From a candidate division WOR-3 bacterium (GTDB lineage Bacteria; Hydrothermota; Tepidihabitantia; SM23-42; CAYGYG01): a stretch of 18,574 nt of DNA. The notes below the pieces were generated by a model. The model was not told the origin of the DNA. It worked only from the letters and a program-made list of their open reading frames with translations, and did not search any database. The number at the start of each line of letters is the position of its first letter. The stretch's first letter is position 1. Position numbers and translations under genes: made by a program. Shown one piece after another: positions 17,549 to 18,574 of the stretch. The stretch spans positions 1 through 18,574 of the forward strand of contig CBFGIV010000046.1 in the NCBI GenBank assembly GCA_965648915.1, given 5' to 3'.

Positions 17549-17564
17549 GAGAGAGAGAGAGAGA
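17549..17564 (+). repeat. (GA)8 microsatellite flanked by CTCTC on both sides
   Basis: gctctc(GA)8gtctctc. Confidence 0.9.
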
Positions 17565-17593
17565 GTCTCTCAGCAAAAATTTAATCTTTTTAA

Positions 17594-17618
17594 GGACAGG
17601 GAAAAGCCCTATCCCTAC
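17594..17618 (-). repeat. GTAG-type REP hairpin
   Basis: Minus strand GTAG-GGATAGGG-CTTTT-CCCTGTCC: a GTAG foot plus an 8-bp imperfect stem, the RAYT-associated REP architecture. Confidence 0.7.
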
Positions 17619-17699
17619 ATTTTTCCTCAATCTTCCTCCTATTAAGACTTACCAATCACAAAAAACATAATATTATTATCCGCACCGGTCAAAAAATGT

Positions 17700-17740
17700 G
17701 ATTGCCACGCCCACACCTTCGGCGTGGGCTCGCAATGACA
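17700..17740. repeat. REP-like nested hairpin (GATTGCCACG...CTCGCAATGAC type)
   Basis: Outer stem ATTGC/GCAAT. The inner stem on the minus strand is GCCCACGCC-GAA-GGTGTGGGC, with a GAA triloop. Confidence 0.65.
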
Positions 17741-18491
17741 GAAAGACTTCTGACTATTCTCTCTACCGATTGCCCAATTTTACTCATTTTAATAAGTGTT
17801 TTTACTTATATCAAAATTGGGTGCTCACCGCTTTAAATTTGTTGTTTAGCTATTTTTTCGATTGTCGATAAATTCTAAAATCCTTTTATTTCAAAAGATA
17901 TAATTATTCTCAACCAACTGGCCCTGCTCAGATAAAATTTCAGTGATGGGTCTGTCGCTTAAATAAAAAATTTGAAAGGAGGTTAGAGCCTGCACCGACA
18001 TATTTGATTTAATGTGAAAAGTCTCAGAATTAAAGTGCACGGTAAGACAATCTCTGTGTCGAATAACCGATAAGTTTAAGAAACGCCGAATTATAATGGA
18101 TCTAACGGTTGCCCTTCAACTTTTCCACCCGACTTTTTGGTTATGTATTGATTATCTGAAATCAAGAAAATCACAGATCTTTTAATGTCAGAATTTTTTC
18201 CATTGCCTGAGCATTTTTGAGCATATTGTGATTATTGCTGGGAATAATAAGGACAGCGGCCATTATTTTATTTACTGTTATTATTTCGAATATAATTTAT
18301 TCATACCAGGCAATGGACAAGGGCAGGAAGAATACTTTTACCGGGCCAATCTTAAATTCGAAAAGCGATTTGGCCGAAGACTGCACGCTTTATGGCGGGC
18401 AGTCCAGAAAGTTGAAGATAAAAATAGGGTTGTGTCCCGATTTCCGTAGAAATTCATAATAACACAACCTTAACGGCGATATTATAATCAT

Positions 18492-18572
18492 TTAAGCCAC
18501 CTTCTCAATCTTTTTCTTAATCACTCCAGACATATCACGCCAGCCGGGAATCTTCCTTAAAGTGATTTGACC
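18492..18572 (-). CDS. Possible 3' end of a gene entering from the right edge
   Basis: Open frame ...GQITLRKIPGWRDMSGVIKKKIEKVA-TAA; too short to identify. Confidence 0.3.
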   Translation of the reverse strand, partial: GQITLRKIPGWRDMSGVIKKKIEKVA

Positions 18573-18574
18573 AC

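Noticed and set aside
17974..18000. Strong SD-like GAAAGGAGG and a possible degenerate REP (minus strand GTCGGTGCAGGCTCTAACCTCC)
   Set aside because: No start codon at suitable spacing, and the stem is too imperfect to call.
18228..18459. Two overlapping small plus-strand ORFs (73 and 74 aa)
   Set aside because: No RBS, non-ATG starts, no recognisable motif, and they overlap palindromic repeats. The 18235 frame has one hydrophobic stretch but is not supportable.

Overview
Bacterial genomic window. The gene content (a C25 gingipain-like protease and several secreted proteins with FlgD-Ig/T9SS-type C-terminal domains) suggests an FCB-group lineage such as candidate division WOR-3; this is inference. 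From left to right: the 5' end of an IS110-family transposase (cut by the window edge, missed by the ORF track), a large secreted C25 peptidase, a secreted 7-repeat beta-propeller interrupted by one in-frame TGA, a hypothetical helical protein, a TPR protein, an M28/PA peptidase, a LivJ-like lipoprotein, acpS, a small 3-TM protein, a decayed REP-associated tyrosine transposase (RAYT) with flanking repeats, two more large secreted proteins, and a ~1.2 kb non-coding region rich in tandem repeats and REP-like hairpins. The top finding is that ORFs 3706-4002 and 4024-5034 look like one gene with a Gly-Cys-TGA motif followed by a SECIS-like hairpin, making it a candidate secreted selenoprotein. Six sigma70-like promoters share a 16-bp spacer, and two genes appear leaderless.
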